Shown one piece after another: positions 1-13,600 of a stretch of 64,000 bases of DNA. The notes under the pieces were generated by a model. It was not told the origin of the DNA, did not search any database, and worked only from the letters and a program-made list of their open reading frames with translations. The stretch is from positions 156,364,001 through 156,428,000 of the forward strand of contig OZ024741.1 of NCBI GenBank assembly GCA_964016885.1. The letters run 5' to 3'. Source of the stretch: Eledone cirrhosa. Taxonomy: Eukaryota. Every line of letters begins with the position of its first letter. The first letter of the stretch is position 1. A program made the position numbers and the translations under genes.

Positions 1-178
1 ACCAACCAACCAACCGGAAATTTATAAATTCTTAAATTTATGAATTTAATTTATAATAAATTGGAGTGAAAGCATCTGGTGCGTGTGTTTCTTATTGGCA
101 ACATGACCCTTCCAAAGTATAACAATATCGGTTTCAACACACGTTTTCATATAAAGAATCTTGCTAAACAAATTCAGA

Positions 179-221
<43 letters not shown>

Positions 222-226
<5 letters not shown>

Positions 227-1363
227 ATAATAATAAATTTGAAGACTAAAATCCAAAGAGGGCTCGATAAGGATAAATATATATCAAATATATAAGAACC
301 GTAGAGCAAATATTTATTAAAATAACAGATTAAAGTTTAAGCAAAGAATCGCTGCTTTCACCCTTAACTGGATCTTCTGAAACTGACAAAGTCAATATGT
401 AAACGCAAAAGTGGATATTTTAAAAAACGTTGCAACCGGAGGAAGACAGGAAGACGATACTTTGGTTCGTGGAAACGTTCGCTGGCAAAGAACGGAAAAA
501 AACGAATATAATACGTCATTAATAGGAGCGGGAAAAACAATTACGCGCAAAGACAGAACCACGTTTATGGTATAAAAGAGGTCGTAGACTAATGTTCTCT
601 TAGGTGGTTCATAGAGACGTTCTCTGGCAATGAACGAAAAAAACGAAGATAATACGTCATATGTGGAGCGTGGAGAACAATAGCACGCAAAGACAAAACC
701 ACGTAAATGGTATAGCAGAAGTCGTAGACTAAAATTCTAACTAGGAGACCGAATGAATCTCCGCTTACAGAGTTAAGAACAAAGTAAATAAATACAATAC
801 AGAAGTAATAGAAATAAATAAATACATACACGCAAACAAATACGTACATACACAAGCATACGCAAAACACTTACCATAGGTATACAAAACCACGCACATA
901 TAAATATGTGTGTGTATGCGTGTATACAAATAAATAAATAATTATATAAACGTATATAAATAAATAAATAAATACGTATATAACATGCGCACACACATAC
1001 CTACATGTAAATACACGAATGTTCGGAGACGTAAGTCAACCAAAACATGAAGTACACATATATACACACACTACATATGTACGAACCTGCATACTCACAC
1101 AGACGCAAAACTCCCGTATACACATAGCCAACCCATATGTACCAGAATATATAAAATTATACGCCATAACATAAACAATCAAATATACGTACGAGAAAGT
1201 ATACGTACCTTCACAAAACATACGGGTAAAATATACTTACCTATGCAAATAAGTAATGGTATAAACAAAACATATACTTAGCTCCCACATCAAGACGTAA
1301 AATATCCACGTATAAATCGTACTATCCGTTAGGATATAACGTGGGGCTGTAATACAGGAAAGT
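222..1363 (-). mobile_element. Probable 3' UTR/pLTR of the PLE at 1364-1725
   Basis: Lies downstream of the EN stop, is TG-rich on the sense strand and ends at (TA)n 184-222. Contains a ~140-bp imperfect tandem duplication (473-592 vs 615-732). Confidence 0.5.
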
Positions 1364-1725
1364 TTAGTGCAATTTATGTTTACAAGCCGAAATTGCCTCA
1401 GATTTTTTGTTTAAGATGTGGTCTGTGGCGTAGAGTATTCCCAGGGCCTCAGCGGCGCAGAGGTCACATGGTCTTTTATTTCCGTTATACGATCTAGCCC
1501 TAGCTAGGATCTCCCAGTGTAACTTATATTGGGTGTGGTTGTCTTTTAGACTCCAGATATAAGCTGAAAGTGACGTCATATTCCTTCTTAGAGGGTAACG
1601 AAAAGAATGGGTATGCATGTAAAGACGCTGCTTGAATCTATTGGCGGTTAACCCTATGTAGGCCCCACGGGACGTGGGTGTTACAACCTTACATTTGTAG
1701 ACAATGTTACTAGAGAGGCATTTCC
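1364..1725 (-). pseudogene. Penelope-like element GIY-YIG endonuclease, 5'-truncated
   Basis: The frame extends upstream of the listed ORF: KCLSSNIVYKCKVVTPTSRGAYIGLTANRFKQRLYMH...CDLCAAEALGI...LNKKSEAISACKH. This gives IVY-YIG, the catalytic R, the EN E and LN motifs. Confidence 0.85.
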
Positions 1726-2061
1726 TGAGAATACATTTATAAATAAATGTATTCTCTTTTCTCCTAGTTTATTTTACATCTGATTCTGTTTAATTGACTG
1801 TATATCTAGGCGATTACGCTGTCGAAATATTCGATAAATATTCCGTCGCAGCCGGCGCGAAGGGCTGGTTTCGGTTATTTGTTGGAGATTTCTTCATAGA
1901 AGCCTTGGGAGAGGAAATGGTATATATTTTATCTGGTGATTCTATAGACATATTTTATGATATATAGCTCTGATTATTTAATTTATTAACTTTTCATTGA
2001 GCCACAAAGTGATCCGTTGCAAAACACGTATATGTATATATGTATATATATATATGTAAAC

Positions 2062-2110
<49 letters not shown>

Positions 2111-2355
2111 GTAGTAACACAACTTCCCGCCGTTGTTATTATTTGTTTGTTCTCAGAAACGTCGGGGATTTATGTTACAACCTAATATATAAAATTAGAA
2201 TTTTGTATTTCTCGCCCGAGCACAGATGATGCATAAATCTAAGTATGCACACGTATACACGTCAACATGAATGGACCTGTTATTTTCAACTAGAGACATT
2301 TTTTCCAATTCAAACCCGCCCCGTCCCTTCTATCTATCTTATTTCTCATACTTTC

Positions 2356-2388
2356 TTCTGATGAAGGACTAGCGCCCGAAACTTTAAA
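2356..2388 (+). ncRNA. Minimal type I hammerhead ribozyme motif
   Basis: CTGATGA-aGGactagcgCCc-GAAAC-TTTA. Core intact; stem I weak. Confidence 0.55.
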
Positions 2389-2759
2389 CCCTCTTTCTGC
2401 TATTTCAAGCGTTAATCTAATATATTCCTTCAATATACTGTACCAATTGTGTTGTCATTTTTGTTTACCTTTTACATACATACATACATATATATATATG
2501 TCTGATGGTAGCTAAGATGCTTCCATAGGAAGTATGCCGTTTGAGCACTCTATGCTCTTACAGAGCAGAGTATGATAGAATAGAAAACGAAAAATCAGTG
2601 ATGCATCTGAACTCAATTTATTGTGTATTACGATTGTTTCGCCGGCGGACAGCTCGCGACGCGATCATTGTGTGGATCTGTTTGATTCTGGCCCCGCAGG
2701 TTCGACGGACACGTCTAATGATTTCGGAGCATATTCTCTCACACATATATATATATATA

Positions 2760-2790
<31 letters not shown>

Positions 2791-2864
2791 TAGGGTAAAC
2801 ATTGATGCAATTCAATTCAAGCACTCAACTACTTTTTCCACATAGGAGTGACGGAGTAAATATC

Positions 2865-3391
<527 letters not shown>

Positions 3392-4388
3392 ATAGGAAAA
3401 GGTATGACCCCGACGGCAGAGCTCAAGCCGTTTCGACAGCCATTTCTGAACTAAATTAGAATTTTTAGCCTGGTAAATGAATAGCCGAACTTATTAATGG
3501 GTACTTCCTTATATGGGAAGATTGTAATTGTCAAGAGGATTGGTCAAATTTTGTTGTAAAGACTAATAAATCTATCATGACATTTGGTGGGTGGTAGGGG
3601 TGGCTGAACTTCCCGGTAGAACAAAGAGGGTGTGAGTAAAGCCAGTCAGGCGTTGAAAGTGAAATCTCTGCAGCGGATTCTAAGTATGAAAAGTCGAAAA
3701 ATTGTTCTGGAGAAAAGGAGGAGGGGAGTTTAAAGAATAGGGAAGTCGAATGGGAGTAGGAGATAATAAAAATGAAAAAATAAATATATAAAAAATTAGA
3801 TAGTGAGAAATGAATAAAAAAACAAAAACAGTAGAGTCTAGAAACAGCTACTATAATTAGTAGGTGTTGCTAGTACGGCAAAGCTATAGAAAAGTTTAAT
3901 AAGTAGAGAATGGAAAATACTAAATAAGAAATTGTAGAAGTGGGTAGTGAAAAATATAATGCAAACTTTTCAGGGGTCTAACACAGCTGCTATAAATAGT
4001 TAGTAAAGCGAAATCAGCCAATGCTATCTTACAATTACAGGTTAATAAGTTGGGAAAAGAAAATACTAAATAAGAAATTTAGAAATTGTAGCATTGGGGT
4101 AATAACAAAAAAGAAGAAATTGCAGTTATTCTATCTTAAAATTATAAGGGTGGGGTACTGAGGCTACAGTGGACCTATGGGCTGCATCGGGGTAGGCAAA
4201 AAGGGAAATCAGACGAGGAAGAAGATCTCTTCTTTTCCTCTACGTTTCCTTCTTCCCCCGTCTAATCCTATCATTTCCTTCGACCCCCGACCTTCTCCCT
4301 CGTCTGTTTTCCCCTTTCGCCTTCCCAGATGCAGCCCATGGGTCCTCTGTAGTCTCAGTACCCCTACCCCTGTAATTTTAAGATAGCA
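3392..4388 (-). mobile_element. Non-coding repeat, likely PLE pLTR-derived
   Basis: Its end (TAGGAAAA..GACCCCGACGGCAGAGCTCAAGCCGTTTCGAC) recurs at 41344 and 41477. Internal subrepeats and an imperfect inverted repeat 4131-4225/4290-4386. Confidence 0.5.
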
Positions 4389-6927
4389 TTGGGCACCCAA
4401 ATAAAAGACGGACCGCCCCCCCCATAAAGAAGGACCCCCCATAAGAAACGGGGCACCCAAATAAAAAACGGTCCACCCAAATAAAAAAACGGACGCCCAC
4501 CATAAAAACGGATCCACCCCATAAAAAAACGGGCACCCAAATAAAAAACGGTGCCCCGTTATTTATTTGGGTGCCTCGTTTTTTATTTGGGTGGCCGTTT
4601 TTTTATGGGAGGGTTTTTATGGTGAGGGTCCGTTTTTTATTTGGGTGCACCGTTCTTTATTTCGGTGCCCCTTTTTTATGGGGGGTCCTTTTTATGGGGG
4701 GGGGGTCCGTATTTTAATTGGGTGCCCGTTTTTTATTGGGAGGGATCTGTTTTTTATTTGGGTGCCCCGTTTTTTTCTTTCGGTACCCCGTATTTTATTG
4801 GGGTGTCTGTTTTTTATGGGGGGAGATCCGTTTTTTATTTGGGTGCCCCGTTTTTATTTTGGTGTCCATCTTTTATTTGGGTGCCCGTTTTTATGGGGGG
4901 CCGTTTTTTATTTGGGTGCCCCGTTTTTTATTTGGGTGCCCGTTTTTTATTGGGGGGGGGGGGCAGTTTTTTTATTTGTGTGCCCCGTTATTTATTTGGG
5001 TGACCCGATTTTTATTTGGGTGCCCCGTTTTTTTTATTTGGATGCCCCGTTTTTTTATTTGGGTGCCCCGTTTTTTATTTGTGTGCCCCGTTTTATATTT
5101 GGGTGCCCAGTTTTTTTATTTAGGTGCTCCGTTTTTTATTTGGGTTCCCATTTTTTATGAGGGTCCGATTTTTATTTGGGTGCCCCGTTTTTTTATTTGG
5201 GTGCCCCGTTTTTTTATTTGGGTGCCCCGTATTTTATTTGGGAGCCCCGTTTTTTATGGAGGGTCCATTTTTTATTTGGATGACCCGTTTTTTATTTGGG
5301 TGCCCGTTTTTTATTTGGGTGCCCAGTTTTTTTATTTGGGTGCCCCGTCTTTTATTTGGTTGCCCCGTTTTTTACTTGGGTGCCCCGTTTTTTATTGGGG
5401 GGGGGGTCCGTTTTTTATTTGGATGCCCAGTTTTTTATTTGTGTGCCCAGTTCTTTTTATTTTGGTGCCCCGTTTTTTATTGGGAGGGTCCATTTTTTAT
5501 TTGGGTGCCCGTTTTTTATTGGGGGGTCCGTTTTTTATTTGGATGCCCCGTTTTTTATTTGTGTGCCCAGTTCTTTTTATTTTGGTGCCCCGTTTTTTAT
5601 TTGGGTGCCCCGTTTTTTATTTGGGTGCCCTGTTTCTTTATTTGGGTGCCCCGTTTTTTGGGGGGTGCACCCTTTTTTATTTGGGTGCTCCGTTTTTTTT
5701 ATTTTGGTGTCCCGTTCTTTATATGGGTCCCACGTTTTTTATTTGGTGGGGCGTCCGTTTTTTAATGGGCTGACGCGTTTTTTATTTGGGTACCCCGTTA
5801 TTTATTTGGGTGCCCCGTTTTTTATTGGGGGGAGTCTTTTTTGGGGGGGGTTGCGCGTTTTTTATTGGGGGGGGGTCCGTTTTTTATTTGGGTGCCCGTT
5901 TTTTATTGGTGGGGGGTCCGTTTTTTATTTTGGTGCCCCATTTTTTATTTGGGTGCCCCGTTTCCTTATTTGGATGCCCCATTTTTTATTTGGGTGCCCC
6001 GTTTTCTTATTTGGGTGCCCCGTTTTTTATTCTGGTGCCCCTTTTTTTATTTTGGTGTCACGTTTTTTATTGGCGAGGGTCAGTTTTTTATTAGGGTGCC
6101 CCGTTTTTTATTTGGATGCCCCGTTTTTTTATTTGGGTGCCCCGTTTTTTATTTGGTCCCCCGTTTTTTATTTGGGTGCCCCGTTTTTTTATTTGGGTGC
6201 CCCGTTTTTTTATTATGGTGCCACGTTTTTTATTGGCAGGTGTCCGTTTTTATTTTGGTGTCCCGTTTTTTATTTGGGTGCCCCGTTTTTTTATTTGGCT
6301 GCCCCGTTTTTTATTTGGGTGCCCCGTTTTTTTATTTGGGTGCCCCGTTTTTTACTTGGTCCCCCGTTTTTTATTCGGGTGCCCCGTTTATTATTTGGGT
6401 GCCCCGTTTTTTATTTGGGAGCCCCGTTTTTTTATTTGGTTGCCCCGTTTTTTATTTGGTTGCTCCGTTTTTCATGGGGGGAGGGGCGTTTTTTATTTAG
6501 GGGCCCCGTTTTTTATTTGGGTGCACGTTTTTTATGGGGGGGGGGTGTTCGTTTTTAATTTGGGGGCCCCGTTTTTTATTTTAGTGTCCCGTTTTTTTAT
6601 TTGGGTGCCCGTTTTTTATGGGGGATCCCTTTTTTATTTGGGTGACCGTTTTTTATTTGGGTGCCCTGTTTTTTTATTTAGGTGCTCGTTTATTATTTGG
6701 GTGCCCCGTTTTTTATTTGGGTGCCCCGTTTTTTTGTTTGGGTGCCCCATTTTTAATTTGGGTGCCCTTTTATTATGGGGGGGGGGTCCGGTTTTTATTT
6801 GGGTGCCCCGTTTTTTATTTGGTTGCTCGTTTTTTTATGGGTGGTCCGTTTTTTATTTGGGTGCCTGTTTTTTATAGGGGGGGTCCGTTTTCTATTTGGT
6901 GCCCCGTTTTTTATTTGGTTGTCCCGT

Positions 6928-7645
6928 TTTTTAGTTATATGTTACTAGTTACTTGTTTGTTCTGTGTGCGTGTTTTCATTTAGTCCTTACTTCTGAGTTG
7001 TGATGTTGCTATTCCATTCATGTTTTCTATTTAATTTTGGTTGGAGTTAATTTGTTTATTGTCTCTGTGATTTGTCTAATATTGCGTCTTTTCTGTGTGT
7101 AGATTCTATTATTATGTCTATGTTCGCTAATTTTCCCTTATGTTCTATTTTAGCATGTTGGTGGAGTACAGATGAGTCTTTTCTATCTTAGAGTTCTCGC
7201 CAGTGTTCATTTAATCGTTCTCCTATGCTACGAGCTGTCTCGCCTATGTACATTATATTCTTATCTTTACACTGTCCCTCAGTACATCTTATGCTATAGA
7301 CTATGTTTCTAGTTTTACAGTTAATATGGGGGCTTAGTTTACAGATTATGTATTTCATATCTATACAGGGAGTTCTTTGAAAAGGGTATGTATTAATAAT
7401 AAGTGTTTTATGGAGGTACCCGGTCTTTCCACCTTCTTAATATTTAGTTTAAGTTTATCTAGGGCTCTTCTAAATTTGTAAGCTAGTTCACCTCTAGGGT
7501 TTGTATTGATGAACATTACACTCTGGTTAGTTTTATACTGGCCCCCACAGCATGTGCAATCTTTTTTTTTTACTTCATCATGGTTTTCGGGGGTCCGTAT
7601 GGCTCTGGTCCACCCGTTCCATCTTTCTGTGTGGGTTTTCTTGGG
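6928..7645 (-). pseudogene. Internally deleted Penelope-like (Naiad-like) fragment with GIY-YIG EN, copy 1
   Basis: Minus strand reads CKTRNIVYSIRC..MYIGETARSIGERLNEHW..SVLHQHAKIEH..LNRKHEW. Close inverted homolog of 33020-33740. Confidence 0.9.
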
Positions 7646-10600
7646 GGGAGTCCGTTTTTATCGGGGGGGGGGGGTCCGTTTTTTATTTGGGTACCCCTTT
7701 TTTATGGGGTGGTCCGGTTTTCATTTGGGTGCCCGTTATTATATGGGGGTCCGATTTTTATTTGGGTGCCCCGTTTTTTATTGGGGTGCCCCTTTTTTAT
7801 TTGGGTTCCCAGTTCTCAATTTGGGTGCCCCGTTTTTTTATTTGGGTGCCCCGTTTTTTATTTGGGTGTCCCGTTTTTTATTTAGGTGCCCGTTTTTTAT
7901 TGGGGTGTCCGTTTTTTTATTTGGGAGCCCCGTTTTTTATTTGGGTGGGCGTTTTTTATGGGGGGTTCCGTTTCTTATGGGAGGGGGGTCTATTTTATAT
8001 TTAAGTGTCCCGTTTCTTATTTGGGTGCCCAGTTCTTTTATTTGGGTGCCCCGTTTTTTATTTGGGTACCCCGTCTTTTATTTGCGTGCCCAGTATTTTT
8101 ATTTGGGTGCTCCGCTTTTTATTTGGGTGCCCCGTTTTTTATTTGGGTGCACGGTTTTTTTATTTGGGTGCCCCGTTTTTTATTTTGGTGCCCCGTTTTT
8201 TATTGGGGGGGATCCTTTTTTTATTTGGGTGCCCCGTCTTTTATTTGTGTGCCCAGATTTTTTTATTTTGGTGACCCTTTTTTTATTTGGGTGCCCCTTT
8301 TTTATATGGGTGCCCCGTTTCTTTATTTTGGTGCCCCGTTTTTTATTTGTGTGCCCCGTTTTTTTATTTGTGTGCCCGTTTTTTATTTGGGTGCCCCGTT
8401 TTTTATTTGGGTATCCCGTTTCTTTATTTGGGTGCCCCGTTTCTTTATTTGGGTGCCCCGTTTTTTATTTGGGTGCCCGTTTTTTGTTTGTGTGCCCCGT
8501 TTCTTTATTTGGGAGCCCCGTTTTTTATTTGGGTGCCCCGTTTTTTATTGAGGGAACCCGTTTTTTCATTTGGGTGCCCCGTTTTATATTTGGGTGCCCC
8601 GTTTTTTATTTGTGTGCCCCTTTTTTGTGTGCCCCGTTTTTTATTTGGGTGCCCCGTTTTTTATTGGGGTTCCCGTTTTTGATTGGGGGTGTCCGTTTTT
8701 TTATTTGTGGTCTCCCGTTTTTTATTTGGGCACCCCGTTTTTTGTTTGGGTGCCCCGTTTTTTTTTATTTTGGTGTCCCGTTCTTTATTTGGGTCCCACG
8801 TTTTTTTTGGGGGGGGGGGGTCCGTATTTTATTTGGGTGCCCCGTTTCTTTATTTGGGTGCCCCGTTTTTATTTGGGTGCCCTTTTTTTGTTTGTGTGCC
8901 CCGTTTGTTTATTTGGGAGCCCCGTTTTTTATATGGGTGGGCGTTTTTTATGGGGGGGGGTTCCGTTTCTTGTGGGAGGGGGGCTCCGTTTTTTATTTGG
9001 CTACGCCGTTTTTGATTTGGGTGCCCGTTTTTTATTTGCGTGCCCGGTTTTTTTATTTGGGAGCCCCGTTTTTTATTTGGATGGGCGTTTTTTATGGGGG
9101 GGTTTCGTTTCTTATGGGAGGGGGAAGTCCGTTTTTTATTTAGGTGCTCGTTTCTTATTTGGGTGCCCTGTTTTTTATTTGGGTGTCCCGTTTTTTATTT
9201 GGATGCCTGTTTTTGATTGAGGGAGCTCCGTTTTTTATTTGGGTGACCGTATTTTGTTGGGTGGTCCGTTTTTTATTTGGGTGCCCCGTTTTTTATTTGT
9301 GTGCCCAGTTTTTTTTTATTTTGGTGCCCCATTTCATTATTTGGTTGAGCCGTTTTTTATTTAGGTGCACCGTTTTTTTTATTTTAGTGCCACTTTTTTT
9401 ATTGGCGGGGTCCGTTTTTTATTCGGTAGCCCCATTTTTTATTTGTGTGCCCAATTTTTTATATTTTGGTGCCCCTTTTTTTATTTGGGTGCCCCGTTTT
9501 TTATATGGGTGCCCCGTTTCTTTATTTGGTTGTCCCGTTTTTTATTTGGGTGCCCCGTTTTTTTATTTGGGTGCCCCGTTTTTTATTTTGGTGCCACGTT
9601 TTTTATTGGCGGTGGTCCGTTTTTTATTTAGGTACGCCATTTTTTTTATTTTGGTGACCCGTTCTTTATTTGGGTGCCACATTTTTTATTTAGGGGGGTC
9701 CGTATTTTATTTGTGTGACGCGTTTTTTATTTGGGTGCCCCGTTTCTTTATTTGGGTGCCCCGTTTTTTATTTGGGTGCTCGTTTTTTGTTTGTGTGCCC
9801 CGTTTCTTTATTTGGGAGCCCCGTTTTTTATTTGGGTGGGCGTTTTTATGGGGAGGTTCCGTTTCTTATGGGAGGGGGGCTCCGTTTTTTATTTAAGTTC
9901 CCCGTTTCTTATTTGGGAGCCCCGTTTTTTATTTGGGAGCCCCGTTTTTTATTTGGATGGGCGTTTTTTATGGGGGGTTTCGTTTCTTATGGGAGGGGGA
10001 AGTCCGTTTTTTATTTAGGTGCTCGTTTCTTATTTGGGTGCTCCGTTTTTTATTTGGGTGTCCCGTTTTTTATTTGGATGCCTGTTTTTGATTGAGGGAG
10101 CTCCGTTTTTTATTTGGGTGACCGTTTTTTGTTGGGTGGTCCGTTTTTTATTTGGGTGCCCCGTTTTTTATTTGTGTGCCCAGTTTTTTTTTATTTTGGT
10201 GCCCCGTTTCATTATTTGGTTGAGCCGTTTTTTATTTGGGTCCATCGTTTTTTTATTTGGGTGCCCCGTTTTTTATTTAGGTGCACCGTTTTTTATTTTA
10301 GTGCCACTTTTTTTATTGGCGGGGTCCGTTTTTTATTCGGTAGCCCCATTTTTTATTTGTGTGCCCAATTTTTTATATTTTGGTGCCCCGTTTTTTATTT
10401 GGGTGCCCCGTTTTTTATATGGGTGCCCCGTTTCTTTATTTGGGTGTCCCGTTTTTTATTTGGGTGCCCCGTTTTTTATTGGCGGTGGTCCGTTTTTTAT
10501 TTGGGTACGCCATTTTTTTATTTTGGTGACCCGTTCTTTATTTGGGTGCCACATTTTTTATTTAGGGGGTCCGTATTTTATTTGTGTGACGCGTTTTTTA

Positions 10601-13600
10601 TTTGGGTGCCCCGTTTCTTTATTTGGGTGCCCCGTTTTTTATTTGGGTGCCCGTTTTTTGTTTGTGTGCCCCGTTTCTTTATTTGGGAGCCCCGTTTTTT
10701 ATTTAAGTTCCCCGTTTCTTATTTGGGTGCCCCGTTTTTTATTTGGGTGCCCCGTTTTTTTATTTGTGTGCCCCGTTTCTTTATTTGGGAGCCCCGTTTT
10801 TTATTTGGGTGGGCGTTTTTTATGGGGAGGTTCCGTTTCTTATGGGAGGGGGGCTCCGTTTTTTATTTAAGTTCCCCGTTTCTTATTTGGGTGCCCTGTT
10901 TTTTATTTGGGTGCCGGTTTTTATGGGGGGGTCCGTTTTTTATTTGGCTACGCTGTTTTTTATTTAATTGCCCGTTTTTTATTTGCGTGCCCGGTTTTTT
11001 TATTTGGGAGCCCCGTTTTTTATTTGGGTGGGCTTTTTTTATGGGGGGTTCCGTTTCTTATGGGAGAGGGAGGTCCGTTTTTTATTTAGGTGCCCCGTTT
11101 CTTATTTGGGTGCTCCGGTTTTTATTTGGGTGCCCCGTTTTTTATTTGAGTGCCCTGTTTTTATTTGGATGCCTGTTTTTGATTGAGGGAGCTCCGTTTT
11201 TTTTATTTGGGTGACCGTTTTTTGTTGGGAGGGTCCGTTTTTTATTTGGGTGCCCCGTTTTTTATTTGTGTGACCCGTTTTTTATTTGGGTGCATCGTTT
11301 TTTTATTTGGGTGCCCCGTTTTTTATTTAGGTGCCCCGTTTTTTTTATTTTAGTGCCCCGTTTTTTATTTTAGTGCCACGTTTTTTATTTTAGTGCCACT
11401 TTTTTTATTGGCAGGGTCCGTTTTTTATTCGGTAGCCCCATTTTTTATTTGTGTGACGCGTTGTTTATTGGGCGGGACCGTTTTTTATTTGGGTGACGCG
11501 TTTTTTATTTGGGTGCCCCGTTTTTTATTTGGGTGCCCAGTTTCTTATTTGTGTGCCCCGTTTTTTTTATTTTGGTGCCACGTTTTTTATTGACGCTATC
11601 CGTTTTTTATTTGGGTGCCCCGTTTTTTTATTTTGGTGTCCCGTTCTTTATTTGGGTGCCACGTTTTTTATTTAGGGGTGTCCGTATTTTATTTGTGTGA
11701 CGCGTTTTTTATTGGGGGGGGGGGGTCCTTTTTTTATTTGGCTGACGCGTTTTTTATTTGGGTGCCCCGTTTTTTTTATTTGGGTGACGCGTTTTTTATT
11801 TGGGTGCCCCGTATTTTTATTTGGGAATTCTGTTTTTTATTTGGGTGCCCGTTTTTTATTGGGGCGGGGACCATTTTTTATTTGAGTGCCCTGTTTTTTA
11901 TTTGGGTGCCCCGTTTTTTATTGGGGAGGAGTCCGTTTTTTATTGGGGGGGGAGTCCGTTTTTGATTTGGGTGCCCCGTTTTTTATTTAGGGGGTCCGTT
12001 TTTTTATTTGTGTGCCCCGTTTTATATTTGGGTGCGCCGTTATTTATTTGGGTGCCCCGTTTTTTTTAGGGGGAGTCCGTTTTTGATTTGGGGGGTGTCC
12101 GTTTCTTTTATTTGGGTGCCCCGTTTTATATTTGGGTGCCCCGTTTTATATTTGGGTGCCCCGTTTCATATTTGTTTGCCCCCGTTTTTTATGGTGTGGT
12201 CAGTTTTTTAATGTGGTGCCCGTTTTTTATTGGGGGGTTGTCCGGTTTTTTTTATTTGGGTGCCCCGTTTTTTATTTGTGTGCCCAGTATTTTTATTTTG
12301 GTGCCCCATTTCATTATTTGGTTGAGCCGTTTTTTATTTGGGTGCATCGTTTTTTTATTTGGGTGCCCCGTTTTTTATTTGGGTACGCCATTTTTTTATT
12401 TTCGTGTCCCGTTCTTTATTTGGGTGCCACGTTTTCTATTTAGGGGGTGTCCGTATTTTATTTGCGTGACGCGTTGTTTATTGGGCGGGACCGTTTTTTA
12501 TTTGGGTGACGCGTTTTTTATTTGGGTGCCCCGTTTTTTATTTGGATGCCCTGTTTTTTTATTTTGGTGCCACGTTTTTTATTGGCGCCATCCTGTTTTT
12601 TATTTGGGTGCCCCGTTCTTTTTATTTTGGTGTGCCGTTCTTTATTTCGGTGCCACGTTTTTTATTTAGGGGAGTCCGTATTTTATTTGTGTGACGCGTT
12701 TTTTATTGGGGGAGTCCGTTTTTTATTTGGGTGCCCCGTTTTTTTATTTGGGTGACGCGTTTTTTATTTGGGTGCCCCGTTTTTTATTTGGGTGCCCAGT
12801 TTTTTATTTGGGTGCCCGTTTTTTTTATTTTGGTGTCAGGTTTTTTATTGGCGCTGTCCGTTTTTCATTTGGGTGCCCCGTTTTTTTTATTTTGGTGTCC
12901 CGTTCTTTATTTGGGTGCCACGTTTTTTCATTTAGGGGTGTCCGTATTTTATTTGTGTGACGCGTTTTTTATTGGGGGGGGGGTCCTTTTTTTATTTGGC
13001 TGACGCGTTTTTTATTTGGGTGCCCCGTTTTTTTTATTTGGGTGACGCGTTTTTTATTTGGGTGCCCCGTATTTTTATTTGGGAATTCTGTTTTTTATTT
13101 GGGTGCCCGTTTTTTATTGGGGCGGGGACCATTTTTTATTTGAGTGCCCTGTTTTTTATTTGGGTGCCCCGTTTTTTATTTGGGTGCCCCGTTTTTTATT
13201 GGGGAGGAGTCCGTTTTTTATTGGGGGGGGAGTCCGTTTTTGATTTGGGTGCCCCGTTTTTTATTTAGGGGGTCCGTTTTTTTATTTGTGTGCCCCGTTT
13301 TATATTTGGGTGCGCCGTTATTTATTTGGGTGCCCCGTTTTTTTTAGGGGGGAGTCCGTTTTTGATTTGGGGGGGTGTCCGTTTCTTTTATTTGGGTGCC
13401 CCGTTTTATATTTGGGTGCCCCGTTTTATATTTGGGTGCCCCGTTTCATATTTGTTTGCCCCCGTTTTTTATGGTGTGGTCAGTTTTTTAATGTGGTGCC
13501 CGTTTTTTATTGGGGGGTTGTCCGGTTTTTTTTATTTGGGTGCCCCGTTTTTTATTTGTGTGCCCAGTTTTTTTATTTTGGTGCCCCATTTCATTATTTG

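Noticed and set aside
1860-1905. Hammerhead-like ATGAAGA...GAAAC on the minus strand
   Set aside because: Core mismatch and no stem II pairing.
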